The notes: generated by a model from the sequence alone, not told the origin. Numbered from the stretch's first letter, positions 11,057-22,661 are shown. The stretch: DNA of 64,000 nt from Caecitellus pseudoparvulus (GCA_965644315.1 CBFFRQ010000028.1:62001-126000), one strand, 5' to 3'. Translations and numbers: made by a program.

Positions 11057-14000
11057 CTACACCCCTGCCTCCAGCTGGCTGAGGATGTCGCGCGCGTGTT
11101 CCGGCATGGCAACCAAGAACACCATGGCGCAGTCCCCTGCCACCAGCACCGACCCGTGCCGCAGCGGCACGGCCGCGGTGTCATCTGTGGCTGCCCGGCC
11201 CATGATGCGGCCAGCTGATGTGATGCGGCCGCCGCCCCGCCCACTGGTGGAACTTCCGTCTGCACCTCGCAGGGCCTGCTGCCGGAAGGAGGGCCTGCGG
11301 CAGGACACCGCGACACCGTCCACGTACGTGGGGCGCAGGCCGAAAGCCCGCAGGGTGAAGGTGGGCATGCCAGCGCCCATGCCAGCCAGGGACACGCCGG
11401 GCAAGGCTCCTGGCATGCCCTTGGCGCTGGCTTTGGGGGAGGACGTCTGGGTGATGGCTGCGTGCACACGGGAGACGCGCCGGGAGGTGGACATGGCACA
11501 GTCCACGGCACCGTACCCGCTGCCCACCACCACAGGCAGGCCCTGTGCCGCCATGTGCTGCCTGACGCTGGAGCCGATGCGGCCCAGGACGAAGGCGGCG
11601 CCGTGCCGCACCTGAGTGCGCATGACCGGCCGCACCCAGGCGCCGCTCACCTCCCGCAGAACCCCCGCCACATCCCCCGCTGCCACGCGCTTGAGGAAGG
11701 ACACGGGCATGACGGTGCTGGGCAGGAAGCGGGAGATCTTCAGGCGCAGGGCCAGGGAGCGTGCCGCTGCGGGGGGGTGCACCGGAGCACAGCGCTGCAC
11801 GGCGTGCAGCAGGGCCAGAGACAGCCGCTCCTCCCGCCCAGCCTGGGCCTTGGCCTTCGCGAGGGTCAGGCCGGGCGGCACAGTGGGCATGCCGGTCTCC
11901 GCCACCACAGCCGCCAGGACGTCGTCTGCAGACATCTTGGGGGGCTCCTCCCCCGCCTGGCCGGTGGGGGACGCCGCCGGGTTGGGGGACGGAGCGGGCG
12001 TGCTGGGAGGTGCCATGAGGCCCTTGCCCCCCCCTGGGGCAGGCCCAGGTGGTGCGTCAGCCAAGGCGCTGCCGCCCCCAGCCCGCAGTTGCCGCAGGGC
12101 CCGATCGTGCAGCACCCCCAGCGTCTGCCGCGTGGCCTCTGGCACTGACAGCGTGCCGGGCAGTGGCACGTCAGCGGGCGTGGGGGCGGCGGCGGTGCCC
12201 GTGGAGCCACCCCCCCGCCGCAGAACACTCAACACGTCGCCCTCCTCCTCCTCCTCCTCTTCGTCGCCCCCCTCCTGCTCCTCCTCGTCGGCCCCTCCAT
12301 CCCCTGCACCCCCCACGTCTGCCGCGCCATCCCCGCGCCGCTTCTTGCGGCTGGTGCTGGGACGGTTGTCCACAACCTTCCACGTCCGCGCCAGCGGGTC
12401 GTACCGCCTGCCACAGTCCACACACCGAGTGTACCGCTTCTTCAGGGAGCCCGTCTGCCGAGTCCACTCGTGGGGACACGTGGGGTCCCCCCACCGAGTG
12501 TACCGCTCACGCGAACGCTTCTTCCTGCCCCCTGCCGGTGCCGCCGACACAGACAAGGCTGCCTTGAGGGCTGGTGCGCTCAACACGGCAGGCGGCGTGA
12601 GGGTGTACAGCGTCGTCATGAGCAAGGCATCCGATGTGTGCAGGCGCCGGCTGCCAAACACGAGCTGAGCGGCGGGGTGCAGCAGCAGGCCGGCGGGGAG
12701 GATAGCCTTGCCTTCCAAGGTGGGGTGGGGCAGAGGCCAGGCTGTGTGGGGTGCGAAGGGCCCCGCTGGCGCCTGGTCTGGTGCCGCCCACGAAGCCGCC
12801 TGCAGCAGCACCAAGCCCAGGCGTGCAGGCAGCGGCAGCTCACGGGCTGGGCGCGTCCAGGGCGTGTCCAGGGACAGCAAGCCGTCCCCGCGCAGTGTGG
12901 CCCAGGTGGCCGTGCCGCGACCCTGCCCGCCCAGCCGTGCCTTGCGCCGTGTGAACGCGTGGCACAGCACCAGTGCAGCGCTGTCCACTATGGCGGCACA
13001 CAGGACGGCATCAGGCACCATGCCTACACACGGCGCTGCCTCCTCGCCCACCAGGGCCTCCACCTCCCCCCCCAGGCTGTCCACGTCTGCCGTGGCCAGC
13101 ACGCCCTCCATGCCGGGAGACGGCGCGCCTGGTGCCGTGGCTGTGGGAGGGGCGGGTGGCGGAGCAGACGCTGCGGCGAGGGCGGCAGGTGCCTCCCGTC
13201 CCACCTGCGCCAGGGACTGCACACTCCACTGCAGGCCCTCCAGCACAGCCGCCTCGGCAGCCAGCACGTCCACAGCCGGAGGAGGGGCATGCCCCTTCAG
13301 CTGCAAGGCCAGGGTGAGACCTCCCAGTTGCACTGCCAAGGCGGGGGGCGGCGGCCCGACTGCCTCCAGGGTGGTGGAGAGGGCCGCCCGGCTGGCGCCA
13401 GGGGGTATGCTGGGGCTGCCCCCGCTTGTGAAGAGGGCAGGGGGCAGCGCCACGCCTGGGTCAGTGGAGAGCGGCGCCACCCAGTCCAGCAGCGGGAGGG
13501 GGGTGCCCTCAGGGTGGTGCAGGGCCCCAGACAGCTCGGACACGGTGTGAGGCAGGGCCAGACGCTCTGCACCCTCCCCGCCCCCACCGTCCTTCCCGAC
13601 ACTCGCTGTCCCGGCCTTGGGCCCGCCTGCACCAGTGGCGGCCTCGGGGGCAGTGGCGGCATGCACCAGGTCAGTGTGGTTCACCGCCGCCTGGGCTGGG
13701 GTAGCCAGCAGCAGGGTCCGCGTGATGCAGGGGATCTGGCTCACCTGGGGCATGAGGGCAGCAGTGGCCGGGGGCAGGCCCATGGCCACCGTGGGCGCCC
13801 CTGCCCCCGCCACAAACACCGTCGCCCACGCACTCTGCACCAGGGCTGCCTTGCTGTGGTGGAAGGCGGGGTACGGCACCACCACCACCAGGCGCGGGGC
13901 GGGCCCGGGGCCGCCCGACCGCGGCAACCACGCCGCCTGCTGTGCCGCCAGGTGGGCTGGGGAGCCCGTGTGCAGCTGCACGGTGTGGCGCGGGGCAACG

Positions 14001-16951
14001 CCTTTGAGCACGGCCTGCCACAGCACCGCCTGGGGCGGCGGCACTACCAGCAAGTGTGGCCCGGGCAAGCCAGCCCACTGCAGAGCCGCGATGCTGCCTG
14101 CCACGCCGGCTGCGGTGGCCTGGGAAGGCAGGCCTCGCAGGAGGGACCCGGGCGTGGCGTTCAGAGTCTGGCGCAACAGGCGGCACGCCAGGGCGGTGGC
14201 GTGTGCCGCACCGCCCTCCCCAGCCACGCCCGCGACACGCTCACGCACGGCGGCAGGCAGGACGGCGGGGTCGGCGTGGCTAGCGCGGGCAGTGGTCTGA
14301 GCAAATGCCAGGCATTTGCGCAGCCTGTCCCTGCGCAACCACGCCCCCGCCGCCACCGTCGGCACGAGGCGACCCACCGGTTGCACCGCCATCGGGTGGG
14401 ACGTCTCACCACGCACGGGCAGCTCAGACGGCGCTGCCAGGGGCAGGCACAGCCACGCAGTCCACTTGGCAGCCGCTGCATCGGCGGCCAGGTGCTCGGC
14501 ACTGACAGCCAGCGCCCGCTCCGCAGCAGCATGCGCCTGCTCCAGGGGCACCGTGGCCTCCTCCGCCACGAAGACGCCCCCGTCCTTCACAGTGCGCATC
14601 CACGCCTGCGCCACCGCCTTGGCTGCCGGCGGCACCTTGCCCGTGCCCCGCGCAGGCGGCTCGAAACGAGGCAGTGGCGGCAGGCTGGCCAGCGGCTGCC
14701 TGGCCTCGGGGGCGCCCTCCCCTGGCAGCAGGTCATCGAAGGGCAAGCCTTCAACCAGGGTGACGCCAGCCTTGGCCAGCACGACGCTGGGCGCGACGGG
14801 GCCGCTGAGCACCGGCACGCCCAGCGCGTTGGCCAGCAGCTTGAACTGCTTGCCCTGCAGGCCAGCTGCCGCCTCCCTGCCCAGGCTGCCCCCCGCCTCG
14901 TGCGCCAGCTTGGCCAGCTCAGAGTTGGCACAGCACAGGTCCACGGCCGTCTCGGCAAATCGGTACAGACGCGTGCAGGCCTTGCACAGGCCGCGTGGCG
15001 TGGGGCTCAGGCCGTCTCGCAGACAGGAGGGGCAGAGGAAGGGGCCGTCTGGCGCCCAGGCCCCCTGCGACTGCAGGTGCACCGACGCCATGAGCACCGC
15101 CAGCTCAGCAGAGGTGAGGACTGCCGCGACGTTGGTGTCGGCAGCAGGCGCTGGGACCCCCGCCTGCCCCCACACGAAGCGCTGCAGGCTGATGCCTGAG
15201 GCTTGCTGTGCCTGCTGGGTGTGGTGGGCCGGGGGCGGCTTCGTCACCACGACAGAGGGTGCAGGGGGTGTGGGAGGGGGCGTGGCAGGCAGCGCCTGCA
15301 CTGGCACGTTGGGCACGTCGGCAGGCGTGTCGGGCGGCAGTGCCAGCAGGGGCAGGCCCCCGGGTCCCGCAGGCAGCCCTGCCGAGCCTGCCGCCTGCGC
15401 CGCTTGCAACAGTGCTGTGCCCACCGCCTCCTTCGCCTGGACACTGTCGGCAGCAGGCGCCTCGCCCCACACACCTGCCACACCCTTGCCCCACACGCCA
15501 CTGCTGGGCACCCGCTGGATGCAGTCTTGTAGGGCTGCCGCTGACGCCTCCGCCGCAGCGGTGGGGCTGCCACTGCACCCCGCCGCTGCGGCAGACGCAG
15601 CAATGCACACCTCCACCGCTGCCATGACGGCAGGCAAGGCTCCGATGGGCTGCGGTGCCGTGATGTCAAAGCCCAGGGAATCCAGGCCTGCCGCGGACAG
15701 CGCAGGTGCAGCTGCCGCGCGGCGTGCCTCTGCCGCCCCCGCCACCGCCCTGTCGTACACCTGGGCCTTGGCGGCGTTGCGCAGCTGGCGCACGTGCACA
15801 GCCTGGGCTCTGTGAGCCTGCAGGGCGGCTCGCCTGGGCGCAGCAGGGGCGCTGGTCTCCTCCCACTGCCGCACTGCCACGGCCAGGCGGGCGGAGATGG
15901 GCTGGTACAGGAGAGTGACGCGCCCGCCCAGGGTGGGGTCCAGCCCAGGGGGCAGGCGGCCGGGGGGCACTGCATGTCCCCCACACGCCGCCACCCACGC
16001 CTGGCGCTTCGCCTCCAGGCGTCGCTCAGCCTGCAGCCCCGCCAGGGCCCTGTACATGCTGCGCACGGCATTCAGCGCCCTGTCCCCGCCTGTGAGGGAG
16101 TCCACCCAGGAGAGGGAGGCGGCCTGGTCCCCTTCCGCCGTCGCCACGTCCCCTGCACATGTGAAGGGCGCCGCCGACGTTGAGACGGGCGCCGTGAGCC
16201 CTGCCTGCACCGCATGCACCCCCAGTACGAGGGGCACGAGGGAGGAGGGGGCGGCCGGCTCCACGGCCGCCAGCGGGTCCACGCCCTGCCCCTCCTCCCC
16301 CTCCTCCTCGTCCTCCTCGTCCGACGGCGGCGGTGGCGGCGCACGCAGCTCGGTGAGCGCATCTCGGTGCTCTGCCAGGGTCTTGCCGCGGCGGGCCCGC
16401 GCCGCAGTCAGGCTCTTCTTGCTGTTGCTGCCTGCGTCGGCCAGGGACAGGCGCTCCGCCTCGGCAGTCATGCCCGAGGCGCCGTCGGAGCGCCCCAGGA
16501 TGTGTCTTGTCAGCCCACGGGCCTTCAGCATGGACGTGTCCAGGTCGGGCGACCGCCCATGCGCGTCCCACCCATCGGACAGGGAGTCTGTGGAGGAGGC
16601 ATCCAGCCACGACAGCGAGCCAGTGCGGGAGTGCGTGTGGTGCCGGCGCTTGCCGTTGGCCAGGTTGCCGCGGAAGGCGCCCGAGGGCGCCTCCTTGTGC
16701 AGCGCCTGGGCTGCACTGAACACTGCGTCACACGCCAGCATGCTGTCTCGATCACGCAGTGCTCGCCGACGGGCCAGCACGTTGTCCGCGTGGCGGGGCG
16801 CCTGCGCGACGTTGCACTTGGCCACGACTTCTTGGATGCGCTTGGCGCTTGCTGCAGACTTCCAGCCAAAGACGCTGTCGAATGAGAGCGGCGCAGGCCC
16901 TTCGCCGGGCGCTGCCTGCCGTTTTCCGCTGCCATTGCTGACGGCAGCCAT
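11057..16951 (-). CDS. Large low-complexity nuclear protein with degenerate SNF2-like segment, Cys pairs and C-terminal FHA domain
   Basis: ~1960-codon ORF. FHA motifs 'FVLGR..VD..VSRVHAAI..G..PTYVDG..LRHGSVL'. SNF2-like 'GPHLLVVP..LW..HTGS..VVPY..W..V..RTLLLATP'. Confidence 0.7.
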   Translation of the reverse strand: MAAVSNGSGKRQAAPGEGPAPLSFDSVFGWKSAASAKRIQEVVAKCNVAQAPRHADNVLARRRALRDRDSMLACDAVFSAAQALHKEAPSGAFRGNLANGKRRHHTHSRTGSLSWLDASSTDSLSDGWDAHGRSPDLDTSMLKARGLTRHILGRSDGASGMTAEAERLSLADAGSNSKKSLTAARARRGKTLAEHRDALTELRAPPPPPSDEEDEEEGEEGQGVDPLAAVEPAAPSSLVPLVLGVHAVQAGLTAPVSTSAAPFTCAGDVATAEGDQAASLSWVDSLTGGDRALNAVRSMYRALAGLQAERRLEAKRQAWVAACGGHAVPPGRLPPGLDPTLGGRVTLLYQPISARLAVAVRQWEETSAPAAPRRAALQAHRAQAVHVRQLRNAAKAQVYDRAVAGAAEARRAAAAPALSAAGLDSLGFDITAPQPIGALPAVMAAVEVCIAASAAAAGCSGSPTAAAEASAAALQDCIQRVPSSGVWGKGVAGVWGEAPAADSVQAKEAVGTALLQAAQAAGSAGLPAGPGGLPLLALPPDTPADVPNVPVQALPATPPPTPPAPSVVVTKPPPAHHTQQAQQASGISLQRFVWGQAGVPAPAADTNVAAVLTSAELAVLMASVHLQSQGAWAPDGPFLCPSCLRDGLSPTPRGLCKACTRLYRFAETAVDLCCANSELAKLAHEAGGSLGREAAAGLQGKQFKLLANALGVPVLSGPVAPSVVLAKAGVTLVEGLPFDDLLPGEGAPEARQPLASLPPLPRFEPPARGTGKVPPAAKAVAQAWMRTVKDGGVFVAEEATVPLEQAHAAAERALAVSAEHLAADAAAAKWTAWLCLPLAAPSELPVRGETSHPMAVQPVGRLVPTVAAGAWLRRDRLRKCLAFAQTTARASHADPAVLPAAVRERVAGVAGEGGAAHATALACRLLRQTLNATPGSLLRGLPSQATAAGVAGSIAALQWAGLPGPHLLVVPPPQAVLWQAVLKGVAPRHTVQLHTGSPAHLAAQQAAWLPRSGGPGPAPRLVVVVPYPAFHHSKAALVQSAWATVFVAGAGAPTVAMGLPPATAALMPQVSQIPCITRTLLLATPAQAAVNHTDLVHAATAPEAATGAGGPKAGTASVGKDGGGGEGAERLALPHTVSELSGALHHPEGTPLPLLDWVAPLSTDPGVALPPALFTSGGSPSIPPGASRAALSTTLEAVGPPPPALAVQLGGLTLALQLKGHAPPPAVDVLAAEAAVLEGLQWSVQSLAQVGREAPAALAAASAPPPAPPTATAPGAPSPGMEGVLATADVDSLGGEVEALVGEEAAPCVGMVPDAVLCAAIVDSAALVLCHAFTRRKARLGGQGRGTATWATLRGDGLLSLDTPWTRPARELPLPARLGLVLLQAASWAAPDQAPAGPFAPHTAWPLPHPTLEGKAILPAGLLLHPAAQLVFGSRRLHTSDALLMTTLYTLTPPAVLSAPALKAALSVSAAPAGGRKKRSRERYTRWGDPTCPHEWTRQTGSLKKRYTRCVDCGRRYDPLARTWKVVDNRPSTSRKKRRGDGAADVGGAGDGGADEEEQEGGDEEEEEEEGDVLSVLRRGGGSTGTAAAPTPADVPLPGTLSVPEATRQTLGVLHDRALRQLRAGGGSALADAPPGPAPGGGKGLMAPPSTPAPSPNPAASPTGQAGEEPPKMSADDVLAAVVAETGMPTVPPGLTLAKAKAQAGREERLSLALLHAVQRCAPVHPPAAARSLALRLKISRFLPSTVMPVSFLKRVAAGDVAGVLREVSGAWVRPVMRTQVRHGAAFVLGRIGSSVRQHMAAQGLPVVVGSGYGAVDCAMSTSRRVSRVHAAITQTSSPKASAKGMPGALPGVSLAGMGAGMPTFTLRAFGLRPTYVDGVAVSCRRPSFRQQALRGADGSSTSGRGGGRITSAGRIMGRAATDDTAAVPLRHGSVLVAGDCAMVFLVAMPEHARDILSQLEAGV

Positions 16952-17494
16952 CTTTAGCTGCTGCCTACACCTGCGCTCAGGCTGCCTCAAAGGAGTAGTC
17001 CCAGGCGCACGTTTCCTGCTTCCAGTCACTGCGGGGCCCCCAAATGGACGCCCTTTTGCCTTGGCGCTTCCAGACGACCTTGCTGGGTGGCTGCTGCGGC
17101 TTTTGAGGATGGGCGCTCAGCACCCGTGTATGCAGCAGGTGCTGGGAGGGCTGCACCGAGGCAGTTGCAGCTGGCAACTTCCTTGGCAAAAGCGCCTCAC
17201 GACAAAGTGCAGTTCGGACAGGCAGTCGACAGGCACCGTCGCGCTCGCAGCAATACTGCTTCAAACGCCTGCCATCCTCTGGTGCTGGCATGCAATTTGA
17301 CGAGCGCAGACCGCCTGCGCGCAGCCCTGGCCCTGATCAAATTTCCCACGACGAGCGCTACAGCGCCACATTTCGTGCACATTTACCCAGTGCGTACCTG
17401 TACCTGACTTTACACACGCCCCTGCGGCCTCCAGCTCGCGCCTTCTCCTGCATTCCTGGGGTGACAGGCACATCGCTGCGGCTGGCGCCCCGCC

Positions 17495-20400
17495 ATGAGT
17501 TCTTCATTGAATGCTTATGGGCGGAGCACGCTTGAAGTGGGGGAGCACCATGGCTCTGGTGGTTACAAAACCCTTGTGGACCCCGCAGAGTTCAAACCCC
17601 TGCATGCTGACGAGGTGGACCCCGACAAGTGAGCGGCGACCAAAGTGCAGTGCACCTGCACTCTTTGCTTCCGCAGCAGCTTGCAAGCCCCCCCCTCGAG
17701 CCATGAACAGCGCACACCGTGCCACGCTTCGTGCAGACCTGTCAAGCTGGGCACATGTCGCACCACAGTGTGTGCCTGTGTCTGCCTGAGCATCCTTGCG
17801 ACGCTGCTGGTGGTGGGAAGTGAGTTCTCCCCATGCGGCCCCTGGGGCGGCCACTGCCCACGCCTGCCCGTCGCCACCGCTGCCCAGGTGTCTTCCTCAT
17901 CGTGACGGCGGCTGCACACCACACGGCCCAGGAGGTCCTGGACCACGCGGAGCTGGCCTTCGTGAACAGCAACATCACCAACATCGGCGACGCCTCCTTC
18001 GTCATCGGCGTCAACTCGCAGCTGTCCCACTCCGGCTCCTTCGACGCGCGCCTGAACGGCGTCACCATCGGCCTGCACTTCCAAGGCAAGGAGATGGCCA
18101 CCTGCCTCCTGGCGCCCATCGAAGTCAAGGCGGGTGTCACCAACACCTTCCAACTGCACTCCCTGGTGGAGGTGAGCGACGTCGCGCAGTTCAACGCCTT
18201 CGGCACTGCCCTGCTGACGCAGGAGAGCGTGCCCTGGCGAGTCGTGACCAAGACTGCCTCCATTACCCTCAACGTCATCTTCGACTTTGGCGTGACAGTG
18301 GACAACCTGTCTCTGGACAAGGAGGTGCCCCTGCCCGGCGCGCAGGGCATGCTGTACCCCACCGTGCAGGACTTCTCCCTGGCCTCCTCCAACGCCACCC
18401 ATGCCAACGTCCTCACCAGCGTCAGCATCTTCAACCCCGGCGCATTCAACGTCCTGCCCTTGGGCGGCCTGGAGCTGGACATCCTGTACCAGGGCACGGT
18501 CGTGGGCAGTGTGGGGGGGGACGACGTGTACCTGCGTCGGGGGTGGAACACCATCACCTTCGCAGGCACCCTCGTGGACGCCAACCCCAACGACACCAAC
18601 ACCATCATCTCTTCCTTCCTGGGCGGCCGGGCCGTGAACCTCACCACCCGCGGGCGCCCCGCCCAGCGCACGCCCCTGCTCTTCCGCCAAGCCGTCACGG
18701 CGCTGTCCCTGGATGTCACCCTGCAGCCCTGGCAGCAACCCCTCGTCGCCGGCATGCACGTGGAAAGCATGTCCGTGGCACCTGCCCCCGGCGTGGGCGG
18801 CGGCCCCTCCTCCCTTGTCGCGTTGGACATGGTGGCCACAGTGACAGTGAACTCGCCCCTGGGGCCGCACTCGCCCCTCCTCGTGCAGACAGTGGCCATG
18901 GACGTGGAGCTGACGGGGAATGGCGCAGCCATGGGGGAACTGCGGGTGCCACCGACGGCCCCTCTGGCCCTGGCCGCCCAGGCGCCCCCACTTAGCGCCC
19001 TGGCAGGCGCTGGCTCCGGCGCCACGCCAGTGAACGTCTCCCTGGCGCTGCAAGCGACGCTGGACTTGAACACGCCCCAGCACGAGGGGGCGTTCGAAGG
19101 CTTCATGGACGCCTTCCTGCACGACGGAGCGGTGCAGGTGGGCCTGGCCAGTCTGGGCCCACGCAGCCTCTCCACCGTCATCTCCTGCGCGCTCGGCGCT
19201 GACATCGCCGTCACGGTGCCCATGCCCAACGTGACCACCACCGTGCCAGCCATGGCCGGCCTGCCGCAGGTGTCCTTCCAGTCCTTTGCGCTGACTGGCC
19301 CAGTGCCAGTGCCAGGCCACACCCCGTCCACTGGGCTGGGCGTGGTGGCGCAGGTGTCCATCACCAACCCCTCCCCAGCCACGGTGCCGTTGGGGGGCAA
19401 TGTCACCATGGCCGTGCTGGGGCAGGACCCCCTGACAGGGGCCTCGGAGCAGGTGGGGTCCGTCTCTGGGCAGGGGCTGGTGCTGCGCCCCGGTGTGAAC
19501 GTCCTGAACATGACAGGCATCCTGACCGCCCCCCGATCCCCCGCCGCCACCCGCGCCCTCACACGCATGGTGTCCCTGTACATGACGGGCAAGGCGGGGC
19601 CGGTAGCGTGCCAGGGCCTGGGCATCGACATGCCTGACGGCCAGGCTGCGCCTGCCTGGCTGCTGGCTGCCGTTCGGGACCTGCACTTGGTCACGACGCT
19701 GCCCCCCGCCTCCCACGCCCCCCTGCTCACCAACTTCAGCCTGACCACCCTGAACATGGACTTCAGCACGCAGGAACCAGGCACACCCACCACTTCGGGG
19801 TTCATGTACACCGATGTGCACCTGCCCTTCACCACTGTGCCGGTGCAGTTCCACACGGCGGACATCGTCTTCTCCATGCTGCCCAGCCCCGGCGCCGAGC
19901 CCATGGGGCAGATCATCCTGGCCAACGTCACCACGACCTACGAAGCCTTTCCCCATCCGGCGCCTGGCCAAGCCACTGGCCGCCTCACCGTGGCCCTGCC
20001 TCCCGGCACGCCCATCCACGTCCTGGACCTGCCCGCCATGCAGCAGTTCATGAAGGGGGCGTTCTTGAACGACACGGTGTTCCTGGACGGGCACCTGCAG
20101 GCCAACCAGACTGTGGGGCTGCCGCTGGGCCCCCTCACCATCCAAGGCATCACGTCCCCCGTGTCCATGCGCCTGGCAGGCATGCAGTCCCTGTCCCACC
20201 CCCCCGTGTACATGAAGTCCGCGGAAGTGGTCAAGGGCACGGAGACAGAGCTATTTTTCCTGTCCAACATCACCGTGACGAACCCCTCCCAGTTCGTGGG
20301 GTCCTTCGGGCCGGTGTCCCTGGACCTCATCTACGACGGCCAGGTTGTCGGCGTGTCCCTCCTGGACGACCTGCTCCTGCAGCCTGGACCCAACAACTTC

Positions 20401-21069
20401 ACCGCCTCCGGCATCCTGCAGCCCCCGGTCGACCCCCACACTGACCCTGCCAAGGCAGCCGCCTGCACCCAGTTCATCTCGCGGTACCTGACAGGCCAGG
20501 ACACGCCCATCTCCCTGGCCGGCACGCTGAACACGACGCCCATCCCCCTGCTGCAGCCTGCCTTTGCCGCATTTGTGGCTGCGGGCGTGCTGCCCGGGCA
20601 CCACCAGGCCCTCATCGTCAACGCCACGTTCGATGAATTGAGTGACAAGGATGACCACGGCCTGGTGGCCCAAACCATCGCGAACCCCTTCGCCGTGCCG
20701 GTGGAGATCATCGCTGCCAAGATCCGCATCTACGCCTGCGAGACACGCAGCAAGGATGCCCCCTACCACTGCGAGGGAGGCGAGGTGCCTTCCTCCTACC
20801 CCACCCAGATCGCCCTGTTCACGGACCAAGACTTCTCCGATGACCCTATTCGTGTGCCGGCCCTGGGCGTCAAGCAGAGCACCTTCCGCAAGTTCCGCGT
20901 GTACAACTTCGATAAGGAGCTGCTGCCCCTGTTGGTGGACTGGTCCACGGAGCCGTACTTTGTGCCCACCCTGGCCAACGGCACCATGACTGTTCGCGTG
21001 GAGAACTTTACACAGCAGGCCCCCTACTTCCAGTGGGAGCTGCCCCTCTACGGCAAGGCGGGGGACTGA
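17495..21069 (+). CDS. Type II membrane protein with repeated DUF3712/LEA_2-like beta-sandwich domains
   Basis: Two short 5' exons lead into a TM helix. Repeated motifs 'NP..xGxxxLDxxYxGxxVG..xLxxGxNxxxxxG' (e.g. 'IFNPGAFNVLPLGGLELDILYQGTVVG', 'TNPSQFVGSFGPVSLDLIYDGQVVG'). Many N-glycosylation sequons. Confidence 0.75.
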
Positions 21070-21074
21070 GGCGG

Positions 21075-22661
21075 TCACGGCGACCCCACCTCGCGGCGTG
21101 CCAGCAGCAGGCGGCGTCGCCTCGTCCACGTCAGCTCCCGCGCAAGTGTCGCTATGGCCGGCCACGCCTCAGCCACCAGATCCTGCACCTCCTCTGGCGC
21201 CCAAGCAGCAGGCTCTGTCAGAGGTGGCTGAGCTTCAAATGGGACGAAGCGCGGGGGGCGCGGAGTCAGCTGTTGTATGCGCAGGTCACCGGGGGGAGCC
21301 TCGGTCGCCGCCACATAGGCACCATGTGGAAGCGGCGGCTGGGTGAGCACAGCACGTGCGCTGCCACCGCCACCTTGCACTTCGCAGCATGTCCTGACCC
21401 AATGCAGGAAGAATTCCGCGCTGCACGGCCCGACGTCAATGCCACGGTCCAAGAGGAAGGCGGCTGCCTGCGCTGCGGCATATGCGAAATACACACAGTG
21501 CGCCAGATCCATGTGCCACCTGCCGTCCCGGAACAAAGCCTCCAAGCACTTGACAGAGTTTCTCGCGCCACTGCCGTCCGATGCGGGTGGCTGCAGCCGC
21601 ACGGACGCCAGCGCCTGCAGCTGACAACCACGCAGAAACGGCTCCCGCACCGCGCTGCCAAGGGCCTCCGACAGCACCTCCACCCCACGCCATGCACCCT
21701 CCCGCGACACCAAGAACAGTATCACACCATCTATGTCGCTCGGAATGGGTGCCTCCTCCCCTTCCAACGATAGCAGCACACGCAGAAAGTCTGCTGACTC
21801 GGAATTGCTGTGCAGGGGGCCTTTCACAGCGGCAAGCAAGCACCCCGGCACCTGCCCACGCGACAAGCGCAAGTTCAAGGGAGGCGACCGCAGCAATTCG
21901 AAACACTCAACTGACCCCGCTTGGGAAGCAGCCTCCAGCGGGTGCCCCTCGGGCCATGTGTGCACATTGCCCACTTTCCCGGTCGTGAACGTCTGCAGCA
22001 GCCGACGCAGAAGACCGGCATCTCCAGTGCTCGCAGCAGCAGATACGGGCCCCAGACCAATTGGGTACTCTAGATCTGGTAGTGCCAACAGGAACTCCAC
22101 CATGTCTTCTTGCTGGCCAGCCGCGGCGCATGCAAGGGGGGTGCCCATCGTGTACGAAGCATGGTTCACGTTCAGTGGCTCGCCAAGCTCTTTGCCCAGC
22201 TGCTGCAGCCTCTCGTAGAAGTGTACATGCCCGAAGAATGCAGCCGTGTGCTGCAGCATGCCCGGGAAGCCCTTCATGGCGTCTGCACCGAGCATGTCCA
22301 AGTGCAGCTGCAGCACAGCAATGTGTCCGTGCTTGGCTGCCCGCTCCAGGCCAATGTCTGTCATCGCCTCCTCCACTTCAGGGTGCATGCCCGATGAGTC
22401 TTCGTTGGAGTCGTGGCCCCCATACAAGTCCACCCCTTCGCCCCTGCCATCTGCCAGCATCCAGCCCAGGACAGACATGCTGGCCCGGCCACACGCCGCT
22501 CGGTACGGCAACTCTTGGCTCCCATGCCACACGCCCTGAGGGTGGCCAGCCTTCACAGCTGCAGCCAGCAGTGCAGTGAAACCATCCACGTCATCCTCCT
22601 GTGCCTTCTCCGCGAGTGCTGCCACCACGGCCTCCTCATCTGTCATGTCCACACCAGCCAT
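21075..22661 (-). CDS. Ankyrin repeat protein
   Basis: Ankyrin-like units 'LERAAKHGHIAVLQLHL', 'TAAFFGHV', 'GTPLACAAAGQQEDMVEFLL', 'HPLEAASQAGSVECFELL'. Intronless ORF. Confidence 0.8.
   Translation of the reverse strand: MAGVDMTDEEAVVAALAEKAQEDDVDGFTALLAAAVKAGHPQGVWHGSQELPYRAACGRASMSVLGWMLADGRGEGVDLYGGHDSNEDSSGMHPEVEEAMTDIGLERAAKHGHIAVLQLHLDMLGADAMKGFPGMLQHTAAFFGHVHFYERLQQLGKELGEPLNVNHASYTMGTPLACAAAGQQEDMVEFLLALPDLEYPIGLGPVSAAASTGDAGLLRRLLQTFTTGKVGNVHTWPEGHPLEAASQAGSVECFELLRSPPLNLRLSRGQVPGCLLAAVKGPLHSNSESADFLRVLLSLEGEEAPIPSDIDGVILFLVSREGAWRGVEVLSEALGSAVREPFLRGCQLQALASVRLQPPASDGSGARNSVKCLEALFRDGRWHMDLAHCVYFAYAAAQAAAFLLDRGIDVGPCSAEFFLHWVRTCCEVQGGGGSARAVLTQPPLPHGAYVAATEAPPGDLRIQQLTPRPPRFVPFEAQPPLTEPAAWAPEEVQDLVAEAWPAIATLARELTWTRRRRLLLARREVGSP

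Noticed and set aside
12470-15199. 909-aa + strand ORF (likewise 17563-20199, 17742-19934, 38879-40933, 45806-47491)
   Set aside because: Antisense shadow ORFs of real genes, expected from high GC3 and scarce stop codons. No motifs.
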